A DNA stretch of 64,000 nucleotides from positions 1,504,001 through 1,568,000 of the forward strand of contig CBDCTH010000012.1 in the NCBI GenBank assembly GCA_965222155.1. Reading direction: 5' to 3'. Of the stretch, positions 47,364 to 57,616 are shown one piece after another. The stretch is from Gammaproteobacteria bacterium (GTDB lineage Bacteria > Pseudomonadota > Gammaproteobacteria > Eutrophobiales > Eutrophobiaceae). The notes beneath the pieces were generated by a model. The model did no database searches and was not told where the DNA came from. It was given only the letters and a program-made list of their open reading frames with translations. Each line of letters opens with the position of its first letter. The stretch's first letter is position 1. The translations under genes were made by a program, and so were the position numbers.

Positions 47364-48521
47364 ATGTTTTTTGAATTAACCGAAGAGCAGCGTCTGGTAC
47401 AAGACACTGCGCGACGATTTGCCTTGGAAGATATCGCACCTACGCTTGAAGAAGAAGAAAAAAACCATGAGTTCAAACTGGAACGCGTGGCTAAAATGGG
47501 CGAGCTGGGGTTTTTTTCGTGTGTGCTGCCGGAACAACTGGATGGAAACGGCATGGGTTTTCTGGAATCCGTACTCATGGCAGAACAGATTGGCCAGGTA
47601 TCGGCCTCCTGGCGACTGCCCTTCAACATGCAGAATCTTGGCGCCCCGTTATCGGTGGCCAAATTCGGTACGGACGAGCAGAAAGAGAAATACATTCCCG
47701 GCTGGATCAACGGCACGAAAATGGGATTCTTCGCCATGACCGAACCGGACACCGGCTCCGACGTCTCCAGCATGAAGACCCATGCCATCGACAGGGGCGA
47801 TCATTATGAACTGCATGGCAGTAAAATATGGATATCCAACGCCCACGTGGGCGATGCCGGCCTGTTGTATGCCTATACGGACAGGGCCAAAGGCAATAAA
47901 GGCATCAGTTGCTTTATCATCGAACCCAAGACCCTGGAAGGTTGTACTGCCCGGCCCATCGAAACCAAACTGGGACTGCATTGTTCTCCGACCGGTGAGT
48001 TTGTCTTCGAGGGCGCGCAGATTCCCAAAAGCGCCCGGCTCGGCGAACTCAATAACGGTTTCAAGATGTGCATGTGGCAATTGAACAATACCCGCATCGG
48101 TTGTGCCGCCGGCGCGCTTGGCGTGGCCGGCGGCGCATTGCAACTGGCCATCGACTATGCAAACGAGCGCAAACAATTCGGCAAGTCTATTTCACGTCAC
48201 CAGATGATCCAGTCGCAGATAGCCGACATGGTATTGGAACATCAGGCCGCGCAACTGCTGGTATACAAGGCTGCCTGGTTAAAGGATCAGGGGAAACCCA
48301 ACCAGTATGAGACATCCGTCGCCAAACTGGCCGCGTCCGAAGCTGCCGTACACGCGGCAAACGAGTGTATGAAAATCTTCGGTTCCTACGGCTATTCCAC
48401 GGAATATCCGGCTGAGCGGTTCTATCGCGACGCCAAGTCCCTGCAGATAGTGGAAGGGACTTCAAATATACAGAAAATGATCATAGCGGGCATGGCCTGT
48501 GGTCATACCTCCAACCGCTGA
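47364..48521 (+). CDS. Acyl-CoA dehydrogenase, probable non-decarboxylating glutaryl-CoA dehydrogenase
   Basis: TEPDTGSD, K.WISN, WRLPFNM, YAYTD, GYSTEYP..RFYRDA, IVEG; adjacent to gcd genes. Confidence 0.8.
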   Translation: MFFELTEEQRLVQDTARRFALEDIAPTLEEEEKNHEFKLERVAKMGELGFFSCVLPEQLDGNGMGFLESVLMAEQIGQVSASWRLPFNMQNLGAPLSVAKFGTDEQKEKYIPGWINGTKMGFFAMTEPDTGSDVSSMKTHAIDRGDHYELHGSKIWISNAHVGDAGLLYAYTDRAKGNKGISCFIIEPKTLEGCTARPIETKLGLHCSPTGEFVFEGAQIPKSARLGELNNGFKMCMWQLNNTRIGCAAGALGVAGGALQLAIDYANERKQFGKSISRHQMIQSQIADMVLEHQAAQLLVYKAAWLKDQGKPNQYETSVAKLAASEAAVHAANECMKIFGSYGYSTEYPAERFYRDAKSLQIVEGTSNIQKMIIAGMACGHTSNR

Positions 48522-48531
48522 CTACGGAACA

Positions 48532-49296
48532 ATGGCTGAACTCAGTGATAAACACGTGGTGGTTACCGGCGGTGGCAGGGGTATAGGCGCGGCAATAGCC
48601 GCACAAATGAATCGGCTGGGAGCCAGGATTACCCTGATGGGTCGAACGGAAAGCTCGTTACGTTCCCAGGCCGAACGACTGGACCATGCATCCGGTGTGC
48701 AGGTAGACGTGACTAATGAAGATGACGTACAAGCAGGGTTTGCTGAAGCTGTAGCCCGGTTTGGCCCTGTTGACATCCTGGTGAATAACGCCGGCACTGC
48801 CAACAGCAGTCCATTCAAACGCATCGATAGCGATAGCTGGGGACGAGCGATAGCAGTTAACCTGAACGGTGTGTTTTATTGCAGCAAGCAGGTGCTGGAC
48901 GGAATGCTGGAGGCTGACTGGGGCCGTATCATCAATATAGCCAGCACTGCCGGGCTTACCGGCTATGCTTATGTTACGGCTTATTGCGCGGCCAAACACG
49001 GTGTAATCGGCTTGACACGCTCCCTGGCTCTGGAACTGTCCAGGACCGGCATAACCGTCAATGCGATCTGTCCGGGCTATACTAAAACGGACTTGATTAC
49101 TGACGCAATAACCAGAATTATGGATAAAACGGGCATGTCGCTGGAAGATGCCGAAGCGCGCCTCAAGTCAGCAAATCCGCAACATCGGTTTATCGAACCG
49201 GAAGAAGTGGCAACGGCGGTAGCCTGGTTATGTCAGCCCGGCAGCGAATCTATCACCGGCCAATCCATCCCCATCGCCGGTGGAGAAGTCATGTGA
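48532..49296 (+). CDS. SDR / 3-hydroxyacyl-CoA dehydrogenase-like protein
   Basis: TGGGRGIG, NNAG, GYAYVTAYCAAKHG. Confidence 0.9.
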   Translation: MAELSDKHVVVTGGGRGIGAAIAAQMNRLGARITLMGRTESSLRSQAERLDHASGVQVDVTNEDDVQAGFAEAVARFGPVDILVNNAGTANSSPFKRIDSDSWGRAIAVNLNGVFYCSKQVLDGMLEADWGRIINIASTAGLTGYAYVTAYCAAKHGVIGLTRSLALELSRTGITVNAICPGYTKTDLITDAITRIMDKTGMSLEDAEARLKSANPQHRFIEPEEVATAVAWLCQPGSESITGQSIPIAGGEVM

Positions 49297-49317
49297 CAAA
49301 ACCAGGGAAATAAATCA

Positions 49318-50127
49318 ATGAATATGCAAGGATTTAAACCGAAACATTTTGACTGGTCATGTTCCGGAGGCATAGCCAAGTTGACCTTGAACAGGCCGGA
49401 GAGAAAAAACCCGCTGACTTTCGATTCCTATGCGGAACTGCGTGATACATTCCGTCATTTAACCGGCGCTGATGATGTCAAGGTCGTTATCATCACCGGC
49501 GCCGGAGGGAACTTCTGTTCCGGTGGCGACGTTCACGACATCATAGGCCCGCTGACGCAAATGGATATGAAGAGCCTGCTTGAATTTACCCGCATGACCG
49601 GAGACCTCATCAAGGCCATGATCCACTGCCCGCAACCCGTTATTGCTGCGGTAGACGGCATTTGTGTGGGCGCCGGCGCCGCTATCGCCATGGCGAGCGA
49701 TATCCGCATCGCTACCCCGGAAGCAACAACCGCTTTTTTGTTTACCCGCGTCGGCCTGGCCGGCTGCGACATGGGAGCTTGCGCCTTACTGCCCCGGATT
49801 ATCGGCCAGGGTCGCGCTGCCGAATTACTGTATACCGGCCGCTCCATGGCGGCGGAAGAAGGGATGCGCTGGGGATTTTATAACACCCTCTCATGCGCCG
49901 ATTCGTTACTCGCTGATGCAGACAAGCTGGCTGAGCAGTTGCTCAGAGGGCCGACTTTTGCCCACGGTATCACCAAGACCATGCTGCGTCAGGAATGGAA
50001 TATGTCCCTTGAACAGGCTATTGAGGCAGAAGCCCAGGCCCAGGCAATCTGCATGCAAACCGAAGATTTTCGCCGTGCGTATACTGCATTTACCAACAAG
50101 GAAAAGCCTGTATTCGAGGGTGACTGA
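49318..50127 (+). CDS. Enoyl-CoA hydratase-family protein
   Basis: [39 protein letters not shown]. Confidence 0.92.
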   Translation: MNMQGFKPKHFDWSCSGGIAKLTLNRPERKNPLTFDSYAELRDTFRHLTGADDVKVVIITGAGGNFCSGGDVHDIIGPLTQMDMKSLLEFTRMTGDLIKAMIHCPQPVIAAVDGICVGAGAAIAMASDIRIATPEATTAFLFTRVGLAGCDMGACALLPRIIGQGRAAELLYTGRSMAAEEGMRWGFYNTLSCADSLLADADKLAEQLLRGPTFAHGITKTMLRQEWNMSLEQAIEAEAQAQAICMQTEDFRRAYTAFTNKEKPVFEGD

Positions 50128-51290
50128 TGGCGGACCGCAGCTACCTGGGCTGGCCTTTTTTTACCCCGGAACACAGGCAGTTAGCCGGGGAACTGGATGA
50201 GTGGGCCGGACGGCAATTGAATCATCCACTGCCGGATGATGTCGATAACGCCTGCAAAGAGTTGCTTGCCCGATTAGCCGAGGCCGGTTGGCTCAATTAT
50301 TCAGCGCCCGCTCCCGGAGATGTTTCCACCCTCCCCCTGGATGTGAGATCCTTGTGTCTCATTCGTGATATCCTGGCGCGCCATTCCGGTCTGGCGGATT
50401 TTGTTTTCGCAATGCAGGGTTTGGGCAGCGGAGCGATTACCTTATTTGGCAACCATACACAAAAAAATGATTATCTGCCCGCGGTCCGCAGTGGTAAAAA
50501 AATTGCCGCTTTTGCCCTGTCTGAGTCGGAAGCCGGTTCCGACGTTGTGGCCCTCGCCACCAACGCCGTTTGCGCTGGGGATGAGTACATAATCAATGGC
50601 GAGAAAACCTGGATTTCAAACGGAGGCATCGCCGATTATTATACCTTGTTCGTCAGGACCGGGGAGCAACCCGGCGCCCGCGGACTGAGCGCCTTCATTG
50701 TTGATGCCGACAGTGAGGGACTCGAAATAGCCGAACGTATCGATGTGATTGCGCCCCATCCACTGGCGCGTATCAGGTTCAAGGACTGCAGGGTAGCGAA
50801 AACAAAACTGCTGGGCATGCCGGGGGACGGTTTTAAAATTGCCATGACCACGCTGGATATCTTTCGTTCAAGCGTCGGCGCGGCCGCCCTGGGTTTTGCC
50901 CGACGCGCGCTGGATGAAACAGTGAACCATGCCGCTACGCGGCAACTGTTCGGCATGGCGCTGGCTGATATGCAAATGACCCAGGCCAGGATCGCCGACA
51001 TGGCTGTGGCCATTGATGCGAGCGCCCTGTTGGTTTACCGGGCCGCCTGGACTAAGGACAGCGGCGCTGCGCGGGTGACGCGGGAAGCGGCAATGGCTAA
51101 ATTGTACGCGACCGAATCCGCCCAGGAGGTTATCGACCAGGCCGTGCAATTATTTGGAGGGCGCGGCGTAACCCGCGGCGAAAAAGTGGAAGAACTGTAC
51201 AGGGAAATCCGCGCGTTGCGCATCTACGAAGGCGCATCCGAGATACAAAAACTGATCATAGCCCGCCAGACCCTGGATAATGCAGGTTGA
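50127..51290 (+). CDS. Acyl-CoA dehydrogenase
   Basis: [36 protein letters not shown]. Confidence 0.92.
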   Translation: MADRSYLGWPFFTPEHRQLAGELDEWAGRQLNHPLPDDVDNACKELLARLAEAGWLNYSAPAPGDVSTLPLDVRSLCLIRDILARHSGLADFVFAMQGLGSGAITLFGNHTQKNDYLPAVRSGKKIAAFALSESEAGSDVVALATNAVCAGDEYIINGEKTWISNGGIADYYTLFVRTGEQPGARGLSAFIVDADSEGLEIAERIDVIAPHPLARIRFKDCRVAKTKLLGMPGDGFKIAMTTLDIFRSSVGAAALGFARRALDETVNHAATRQLFGMALADMQMTQARIADMAVAIDASALLVYRAAWTKDSGAARVTREAAMAKLYATESAQEVIDQAVQLFGGRGVTRGEKVEELYREIRALRIYEGASEIQKLIIARQTLDNAG

Positions 51291-51311
51291 TATGATCATT
51301 TCCGTCTTCCT

Positions 51312-52601
51312 ATGCGGGTTGCATTAACTTCACTGGGGTGCCGCCTGAATGAAGCCGAGCTGGAACACTGGGCAACCGGTTTCCAGGCGGCCGGGTACCG
51401 GTTATCCAAATCCGTTGACGATGCCGACCTGGTGGTTGTCAATACCTGTGCCGTTACCGGGGAGGCAGTAAAAAAATCCAGGCAACTGATTCGGCGCACC
51501 CAGCGGCGCAATGCAAAAGCCAAACTTGTCGTCAGTGGGTGCTATGCAAGCCTGCAACCCGGTATCATAAATGAGCTGCCGGGTGTCGACTTGATTGTCA
51601 GTAATCCGGAAAAAGATAACCTGGTTGCCATTGTAAAACAGCGGCTCTCTGCTGAAGCCATGCCGGAAACGGCAACTGAGCCGGGGGAAGCAGCCTTGTT
51701 TGCCCGGGGGCGCAACCGGGCTTTTATCAAAATACAGGATGGTTGCCGGCATAAATGTACATTCTGCATAGTCACGGTTGCCCGGGGTGCGGAACGCAGC
51801 CGGGCAATTAAGGACATCATCGGGGAGATCAACGGATTACACTCACGCCAAATCCTGGAAGTTACCCTGACAGGCGTACACATCGGTGGCTACGGGCATG
51901 ATCTCGGAACGGATTTATCATTCTTAATTAAAACGATACTCAGTGAAACCGATGTGCCCCGGCTGCGTCTGGGTTCGCTGGAGCCCTGGAATCTCGATGA
52001 GAATTTTTTTATGCTTTTCGACAACCCCAGGGTCATGCCGCATTTACATCTGCCCCTGCAAAGCGGCAGTGATAGCGTACTCCGGCGCATGGGCCGGCGC
52101 TGTATGACCAAGGAATTTTTGGGCCTGGTACAAGCTGCAAGGGATTGTGTTCCTGAAATAAACGTAACAACAGACGTTATCACCGGATTTCCAGGTGAAA
52201 CTGACACGGAATGGCAACAAACCCTGGATTACTGCCACGCAATCGGGTTTCCTCATATCCACGTATTTCCTTATTCCCCGCGCACCGGCACCAGAGCTGC
52301 AACCTTGCCGGGACAAATACCTGTAGAAGTGAAAAAACAGCGCTGCCGGCAACTGCATTTACTGGCGCAACAATCGCACCATGACTTCATGCGGCGTTAC
52401 ATCGACCGTTCTTTCCCTGTATTGGTGGAAAACGACATCGGTATTATAAATGAACTACCGGTCCGCTTCGGTTATTCTCCAAATTACCTGCGCACCGCAA
52501 TACCTGTTTCCGGCAACTCCCCCGACGCCAATAACATTGTGACCGCCCATGTCAAATACTACGATACGGCTACTGCCACCTTGGTGGCGGCTGCAAAGTA
52601 G
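51312..52601 (+). CDS. mtaB: tRNA t6A methylthiotransferase MtaB
   Basis: LGCRLNEAE, NTCAVT, RAFIKIQDGCRHKCTFC, HVFPYSPRTGT. Confidence 0.85.
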   Translation: MRVALTSLGCRLNEAELEHWATGFQAAGYRLSKSVDDADLVVVNTCAVTGEAVKKSRQLIRRTQRRNAKAKLVVSGCYASLQPGIINELPGVDLIVSNPEKDNLVAIVKQRLSAEAMPETATEPGEAALFARGRNRAFIKIQDGCRHKCTFCIVTVARGAERSRAIKDIIGEINGLHSRQILEVTLTGVHIGGYGHDLGTDLSFLIKTILSETDVPRLRLGSLEPWNLDENFFMLFDNPRVMPHLHLPLQSGSDSVLRRMGRRCMTKEFLGLVQAARDCVPEINVTTDVITGFPGETDTEWQQTLDYCHAIGFPHIHVFPYSPRTGTRAATLPGQIPVEVKKQRCRQLHLLAQQSHHDFMRRYIDRSFPVLVENDIGIINELPVRFGYSPNYLRTAIPVSGNSPDANNIVTAHVKYYDTATATLVAAAK

Positions 52602-52680
52602 CCGTACACGGGTCCTGAAACAGAGGGTTTACCGGTTCGACATCAGCGGATAACGCGCCATCAGGTCAACAAACAGGTAA

Positions 52681-53160
52681 TCAGCGCGTCTCCCGGGCGG
52701 CAATATACTCCTGCACGGTAATTTCCAGGGTTTTGAGTTTGTTGTCGATCACTTTTACTCTTGCCAGGTCCTTACGGATATCGCCCACACTGGAAAAAGC
52801 GCCCAGCATGGGTGGATTTTTCAGGGCCGCATAACCCTGCTGCATCTGTTCTCTGATAGTTCGGGCCTGATCAGGGGAGACTTGAAGTTTCCAGACCCGG
52901 GACTTGAGTTTTCCAAGCCGGCGCCGTACGGCATCACGGGCCAGTTCCAGTTCGGCATACTCAGCACGCATCTTTGCCCTGCGCCTGGCGTCTTCTGATA
53001 CATCCTGCTCCTGCGCCTGCTGGATGGGGGGCGCCTGCTGTGACGGAACGACAGACGCTTGTCCGGGCTCTTCTTTATGAGTTCCGGCAAAATCAAGGTA
53101 TAAGTACCCAACTCCTCCTGCAATCAGGATAAGAGTAATAATAACTATTTTTCCATTCAT
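52681..53160 (-). CDS. Hypothetical membrane-anchored coiled-coil protein
   Basis: N-terminal TM helix, helical body, fills the intergenic gap. Confidence 0.65.
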   Translation of the reverse strand: MNGKIVIITLILIAGGVGYLYLDFAGTHKEEPGQASVVPSQQAPPIQQAQEQDVSEDARRRAKMRAEYAELELARDAVRRRLGKLKSRVWKLQVSPDQARTIREQMQQGYAALKNPPMLGAFSSVGDIRKDLARVKVIDNKLKTLEITVQEYIAARETR

Positions 53161-53311
53161 ATTACGAAGTTGTCCGATCGCTAACGCGCTTATTCAGGTT
53201 AAATATCATGTAGATCATTTAACTTTATGTTTTTCTGGAAATTCTGCTTGATTTATTCTCATCAACAGTGTACAAGTCATATCCTGGTTTAACGCGACAT
53301 GGTGAGAACTG

Positions 53312-53824
53312 ATGCTATTCAATAAAGTTAACAGCATAAAGAAAAAACGTTTTCAGGCCCAACACAGCGTATGTTACAATACTATTGGTCATGCACCCAT
53401 CACTGACGCACAAACGGGCTTTATCCACCACCGACAAGGCTTTCCTTTACATTTTAAACAGGTTCAATTTGACCTCGACAGCAATCATGGCGACGGCAAA
53501 CAGAGCAATTTTGGTTTATTGTTTCAATCAGATCAATACTTGAAACCAGGAACGACTATCGAAGCCGAAATATTCTCACATGACAGATCAGAAAAAGTTC
53601 GCGGCAAGGTAGTCATGGTACGGGACCGGGGGGATCATTTTGAGATAGGTTTATGGTTAAGACACCTTGAGGACGCCAGTCGGGCGCGGATAATGGAACA
53701 AGCCTGCCATATAGAGGCGTATATCAAAGAAAAGAAATTTCGCGATGGGCCTTATATTCTCAACCGGGACGGGGCAGCGGAAGAGTGGATAAATAAAAAT
53801 GCCACCACTGTACCCGGACTGTAA
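53312..53824 (+). CDS. PilZ-like domain protein
   Basis: FIHH, GLLF, GKVV, FEIGL, RARIMEQACHIE.Y, AAEEWI. Confidence 0.7.
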   Translation: MLFNKVNSIKKKRFQAQHSVCYNTIGHAPITDAQTGFIHHRQGFPLHFKQVQFDLDSNHGDGKQSNFGLLFQSDQYLKPGTTIEAEIFSHDRSEKVRGKVVMVRDRGDHFEIGLWLRHLEDASRARIMEQACHIEAYIKEKKFRDGPYILNRDGAAEEWINKNATTVPGL

Positions 53825-53827
53825 TAC

Positions 53828-54481
53828 TCACCGGCAGCCGTTTCCGGTTTCAGGAAAGCTTACCCCGGTTCCTCCCAGACCACAGTAACCACCGGGATTT
53901 TTTGCCAGGTATTGCTGGTGGTAGTCTTCTGCGTAGTAGAACGGTGGGGCATCCAGTATCTCGGTGGTGATGCTGCCATAGCCCCTTTCCGACAGGCTCA
54001 ACTGGTATTTGTCCTTTGATTCCAGGGCCAACCTCTTTTGTTCATCCGTAAAGGTATAAATACCGGAACGATATTGCGTTCCCATATCATTTCCCTGGCG
54101 CATCCCCTGAGTCGGGTCGTGTAACTCCCAGAATACTTGCAGCAATTCCGGGTAGCTGATTGTATCAGGTTCATACACCACCAGCGTTACCTCGTTATGC
54201 CCGGTCATTCCGCTGCACACCTCGCGATAAGTGGGATTAGGCGTATAACCTGCGGCATAGCCGACCGCAGTCGTGTAGACTCCGGAAAGTTGCCAGAATT
54301 TCCGCTCCGCTCCCCAGAAACAACCCAGGCCGAACACAGCCTGCATCATCCGCTCAGGAAAAGGTGGTTTCAGCGTATGGCCGTTAACGAAATGCCTGTC
54401 GGTTACGGGAAGTGCCGTTGCACGGCCTGGTAAGGCATCGCTCATGCCGGGCATTTTCTGTTTGGTTGTATTGAATAACAC
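53828..54481 (-). CDS. msrA: Peptide methionine sulfoxide reductase MsrA
   Basis: [28 protein letters not shown]. Confidence 0.96.
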   Translation of the reverse strand: MLFNTTKQKMPGMSDALPGRATALPVTDRHFVNGHTLKPPFPERMMQAVFGLGCFWGAERKFWQLSGVYTTAVGYAAGYTPNPTYREVCSGMTGHNEVTLVVYEPDTISYPELLQVFWELHDPTQGMRQGNDMGTQYRSGIYTFTDEQKRLALESKDKYQLSLSERGYGSITTEILDAPPFYYAEDYHQQYLAKNPGGYCGLGGTGVSFPETGNGCR

Positions 54482-54508
54482 TGTTTTATATCGGGATGGA
54501 ATGTAACA

Positions 54509-54548
54509 TTTTAACTGTAAAACAATTTTAACTGTAAAACAATTTTAA
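54509..54548. repeat. 17-bp tandem duplication in the msrA/KamA divergent promoter region
   Basis: ttttaactgtaaaacaa twice, then ttttaa. Confidence 0.85.
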
Positions 54549-54726
54549 TATTCGTATTGTTAAATTGAAAGAGCCGGATGTTGTATCAGCACAATTTGGT
54601 GTTGTCACAATTTGGTTTTCATGGTCGAAATATTCTGCTATGATAGCATTTGGAAATTAATAAGAAATAACCCGCTGGGCCATAAAAAATAAAATAAAGG
54701 CCCTAAAAGATAGAGGGAGAGTCTCA

Positions 54727-56103
54727 ATGAATCATGCTGCCTTAGCAAGAAAGCCTGAACTTGTACCCAGTTCAAAATTTAAGGTTTATACAGAAAAGCA
54801 CCTGGATCAGATAAGTCACCTGGATTCCCTTTCCAAACGGTTGCGGCATGATATCCGGGTAGTTGCCAAAATATTGCCTTTCCGGGTTAACCGGTACGTA
54901 CTTGATCAGCTTATCGACTGGGAAAATGCCGAGACGGATCCCATATTCCTCCTCACTTTTCCACAAAGGGGGATGCTGGAGCCTGGTTCATTCAACAGAA
55001 TGGCCAAGCTGATGAGAACAGGCGCCGACTCTAAATCCATTCATGCACTGGCAACAGAGATTCGCCGACAACTCAACCCTCACCCGGCCGGGCAAATGGA
55101 ACTGAATGTACCGGTTCTGGATAACGAGCAGTTGATCGGCATGCAACACAAATACCATGAGACCGTCCTGTTTTTTCCATCACAAGGTCAGGTTTGCCAT
55201 TCCTACTGCACTTTCTGTTTTCGCTGGGCACAATTTATCGGTGATAAATCATTACGCTTTTCATCTGGCGAGGCGGACAGTCTCTACAATTATTTAAAAA
55301 AGCATAAGGAAGTCTCTGACCTGCTCATCACCGGTGGGGATCCCATGGTGATGAAAACCCACCACCTGAAGTATTATCTGGAACCCCTGCTTGACCGATC
55401 TGTTCAACACGTGCAGACCTTGCGCATAGGCAGCAAGTCCCTGACTTACTGGCCCCATCGTTTTGTTACTGATGAGGATGCTGATGACCTCCTGCGTTTA
55501 CTGGAGAGACTGGTGAGAGCGGGCAAACACGTAGCGTTCATGGCCCATTTCAATCATTGGCAGGAAATGGAATCAAACATGACCAAGCGCGCTATCCAGC
55601 GAATTCGCGGCACCGGTGCGGAAATTCGTTGTCAGGGACCGTTACTGGCTAATATCAATGATAATCCCGCCGTCTGGTCAAGAATGTGGCGTGAACAGGT
55701 GCGATTAGGTTTAATACCCTATTATATGTTCGTGGAACGGGATACCGGCGCCCGGAGGTATTTTGAGGTACCGCTGGCGCGGGCCCTGCAGGTATATCAA
55801 CAGGCCTATCAATCCGTATCGGGTCTTGCCCGTACGGTACGGGGTCCTTCAATGAGCGCTTCTCCGGGCAAAATACAGGTTCAGGGTGTAACGGAAATCA
55901 ACAATGAGAAGGTTTTTTTACTACGGTTCCTGCAAAGTCGCAATGAAAGCTGGACACAACAACCTTTCTTCGCCAGGTTTGATGAGAATGCGACCTGGCT
56001 GGACGACCTCAAACCGGCATTCGGGCAAAAACAATTCTTTTTTGAAGAAGAATACCGGCGAATCATAAACGGACGCCTGACGGATAACCGGCTGCCAAAC
56101 TGA
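54727..56103 (+). CDS. KamA-family radical SAM protein (lysine 2,3-aminomutase-like)
   Basis: HKYHETVLFFP, CHSYCTFCFRW, ITGGDP, GPSMSASPGK. Confidence 0.88.
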   Translation: MNHAALARKPELVPSSKFKVYTEKHLDQISHLDSLSKRLRHDIRVVAKILPFRVNRYVLDQLIDWENAETDPIFLLTFPQRGMLEPGSFNRMAKLMRTGADSKSIHALATEIRRQLNPHPAGQMELNVPVLDNEQLIGMQHKYHETVLFFPSQGQVCHSYCTFCFRWAQFIGDKSLRFSSGEADSLYNYLKKHKEVSDLLITGGDPMVMKTHHLKYYLEPLLDRSVQHVQTLRIGSKSLTYWPHRFVTDEDADDLLRLLERLVRAGKHVAFMAHFNHWQEMESNMTKRAIQRIRGTGAEIRCQGPLLANINDNPAVWSRMWREQVRLGLIPYYMFVERDTGARRYFEVPLARALQVYQQAYQSVSGLARTVRGPSMSASPGKIQVQGVTEINNEKVFLLRFLQSRNESWTQQPFFARFDENATWLDDLKPAFGQKQFFFEEEYRRIINGRLTDNRLPN

Positions 56104-56211
56104 GAATGGCGCCGGTCGTCCCCGGATCGGCGACATTTCCAGGGCAAGTCCCGGAAATGCGTGTAATCCAGGGATATATCACTCAACTGTCATAATGAAA
56201 CCGGCGCAGAA

Positions 56212-56841
56212 CTAAGCTCCGGGTATGGTTGCCAAAGCCCTTTGCCAGGCAGCGGTTCCGAGGATTCCTCCTGACCAGTGCGTAATTTCCGCATAATTCT
56301 CCAGCGGCAATCCTGCGCCTCCCGCATGCACCAGCCATGACGCCACGGTATGGTCCGCAAGGGTTACCGAACTGCCCACCAGCGTATCACGACCCTTAAG
56401 ATGATCATTCAATACTTTGCCGAAGCGGGCAAACTCTTCCTGTCCTCTTGCCAGTTGCGCCGGATCCGGATCACCAATATTCAGGATTTTCTTAACCATG
56501 TTCTCAAAGGTAAAGATGCCGCAGGTGGGTCCCCAGTGGGCCGTATTCCACGACATCCATTGCACTGCCCGGGAGCGTTCACGAATATCTTCGGGAATTA
56601 AACTGCTTCCCGGATTTTTGTGACACAGGTATATCATAATTGCGCTGGACTCCCACAGTACAAAATCGCCGTCCACCAGGGTGGGAATCTTATGGTTTGG
56701 GTTCAGCGCTGTGAACTCGTCACTCAGCTGCGCGCCACTGCTTAGATCCAGTGAAATTAACTCCAGTTCGATACCCAACTGGTTGGCGACCACCTGGCAG
56801 CGCAATGAGTTGGGGGATGGGGGGAAAACATATAATTGCAT
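56212..56841 (-). CDS. Glutathione S-transferase
   Basis: SPNS, LNPNHKIPTL.DGDFVLWES, TLAD. Confidence 0.92.
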   Translation of the reverse strand: MQLYVFPPSPNSLRCQVVANQLGIELELISLDLSSGAQLSDEFTALNPNHKIPTLVDGDFVLWESSAIMIYLCHKNPGSSLIPEDIRERSRAVQWMSWNTAHWGPTCGIFTFENMVKKILNIGDPDPAQLARGQEEFARFGKVLNDHLKGRDTLVGSSVTLADHTVASWLVHAGGAGLPLENYAEITHWSGGILGTAAWQRALATIPGA

Positions 56842-56870
56842 CTCGTTATAGCTCCTTATGTAATTTAATT

Positions 56871-57515
56871 TTAGTTATCTATGTGATCGCCCACGAAAGG
56901 ATTGGTTTTTCTTTCGTGGCCGAAGGTAGAAACGGGACCATGCCCGGGAACGAATTGTACATCATCCCCCAGGGTCCAGAGACGATTTTTTATGGAGTGA
57001 ACCAGCGTAGCATAATCTCCGCGGGGAAAATCCGTGCGCCCTATTGAACCGTTAAACAAAACATCGCCCACAATAGCGATATTCGACTCTGCTTCATAAA
57101 AAATGATATGCCCCGGCGTATGCCCGGGACAATGCCGCACCTCCATCCGCAGATTACCCAGTGTCACCACATCTCCTTCTTCCAACCACCGGTCCGGTGT
57201 AAACGGAGATGAACCAGGCAAGCCGAACATGACGCCCTGCTGTTCCAGCAGGTCAATCCAGAACCGATCTTCCCGCTGCGGTCCTTCAATCGGTAATCCC
57301 GTAGCTGCCGATAACTCGGCTACGCCTCCGGCATGGTCAATATGCGCGTGAGTGACCAGAATTTTTTCCAGAGTCACCCCAAGAGCCTCCACTTGTGCCA
57401 TGATCCGGTCCAGGTCTCCTCCAGGGTCTACTACCGCTGCCCGGTTTGTCTGTTCACATTGCAGGATAGTAGAATTCTGCCGGAATGGTGTGACGGGTAT
57501 AATCGTTACTTTCAT
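56871..57515 (-). CDS. MBL-fold metallohydrolase (GloC/YcbL-like)
   Basis: THAHIDHAG, PGHTPG, GDVLF.GSIGRTD, PGHG. Confidence 0.92.
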   Translation of the reverse strand: MKVTIIPVTPFRQNSTILQCEQTNRAAVVDPGGDLDRIMAQVEALGVTLEKILVTHAHIDHAGGVAELSAATGLPIEGPQREDRFWIDLLEQQGVMFGLPGSSPFTPDRWLEEGDVVTLGNLRMEVRHCPGHTPGHIIFYEAESNIAIVGDVLFNGSIGRTDFPRGDYATLVHSIKNRLWTLGDDVQFVPGHGPVSTFGHERKTNPFVGDHIDN

Positions 57516-57616
57516 ATTCCTTTAATTGAACATGGATGGACAGGATAAACATGACAGGACATCTATCCACACAGGATATAAAAGAGAGGAACTATCTGCA
57601 AGGGTTACGTTTTCAG

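Noticed and set aside
54727-56103. EpmB (EF-P modification)
   Set aside because: Longer than EpmB, different motifs, no efp nearby.
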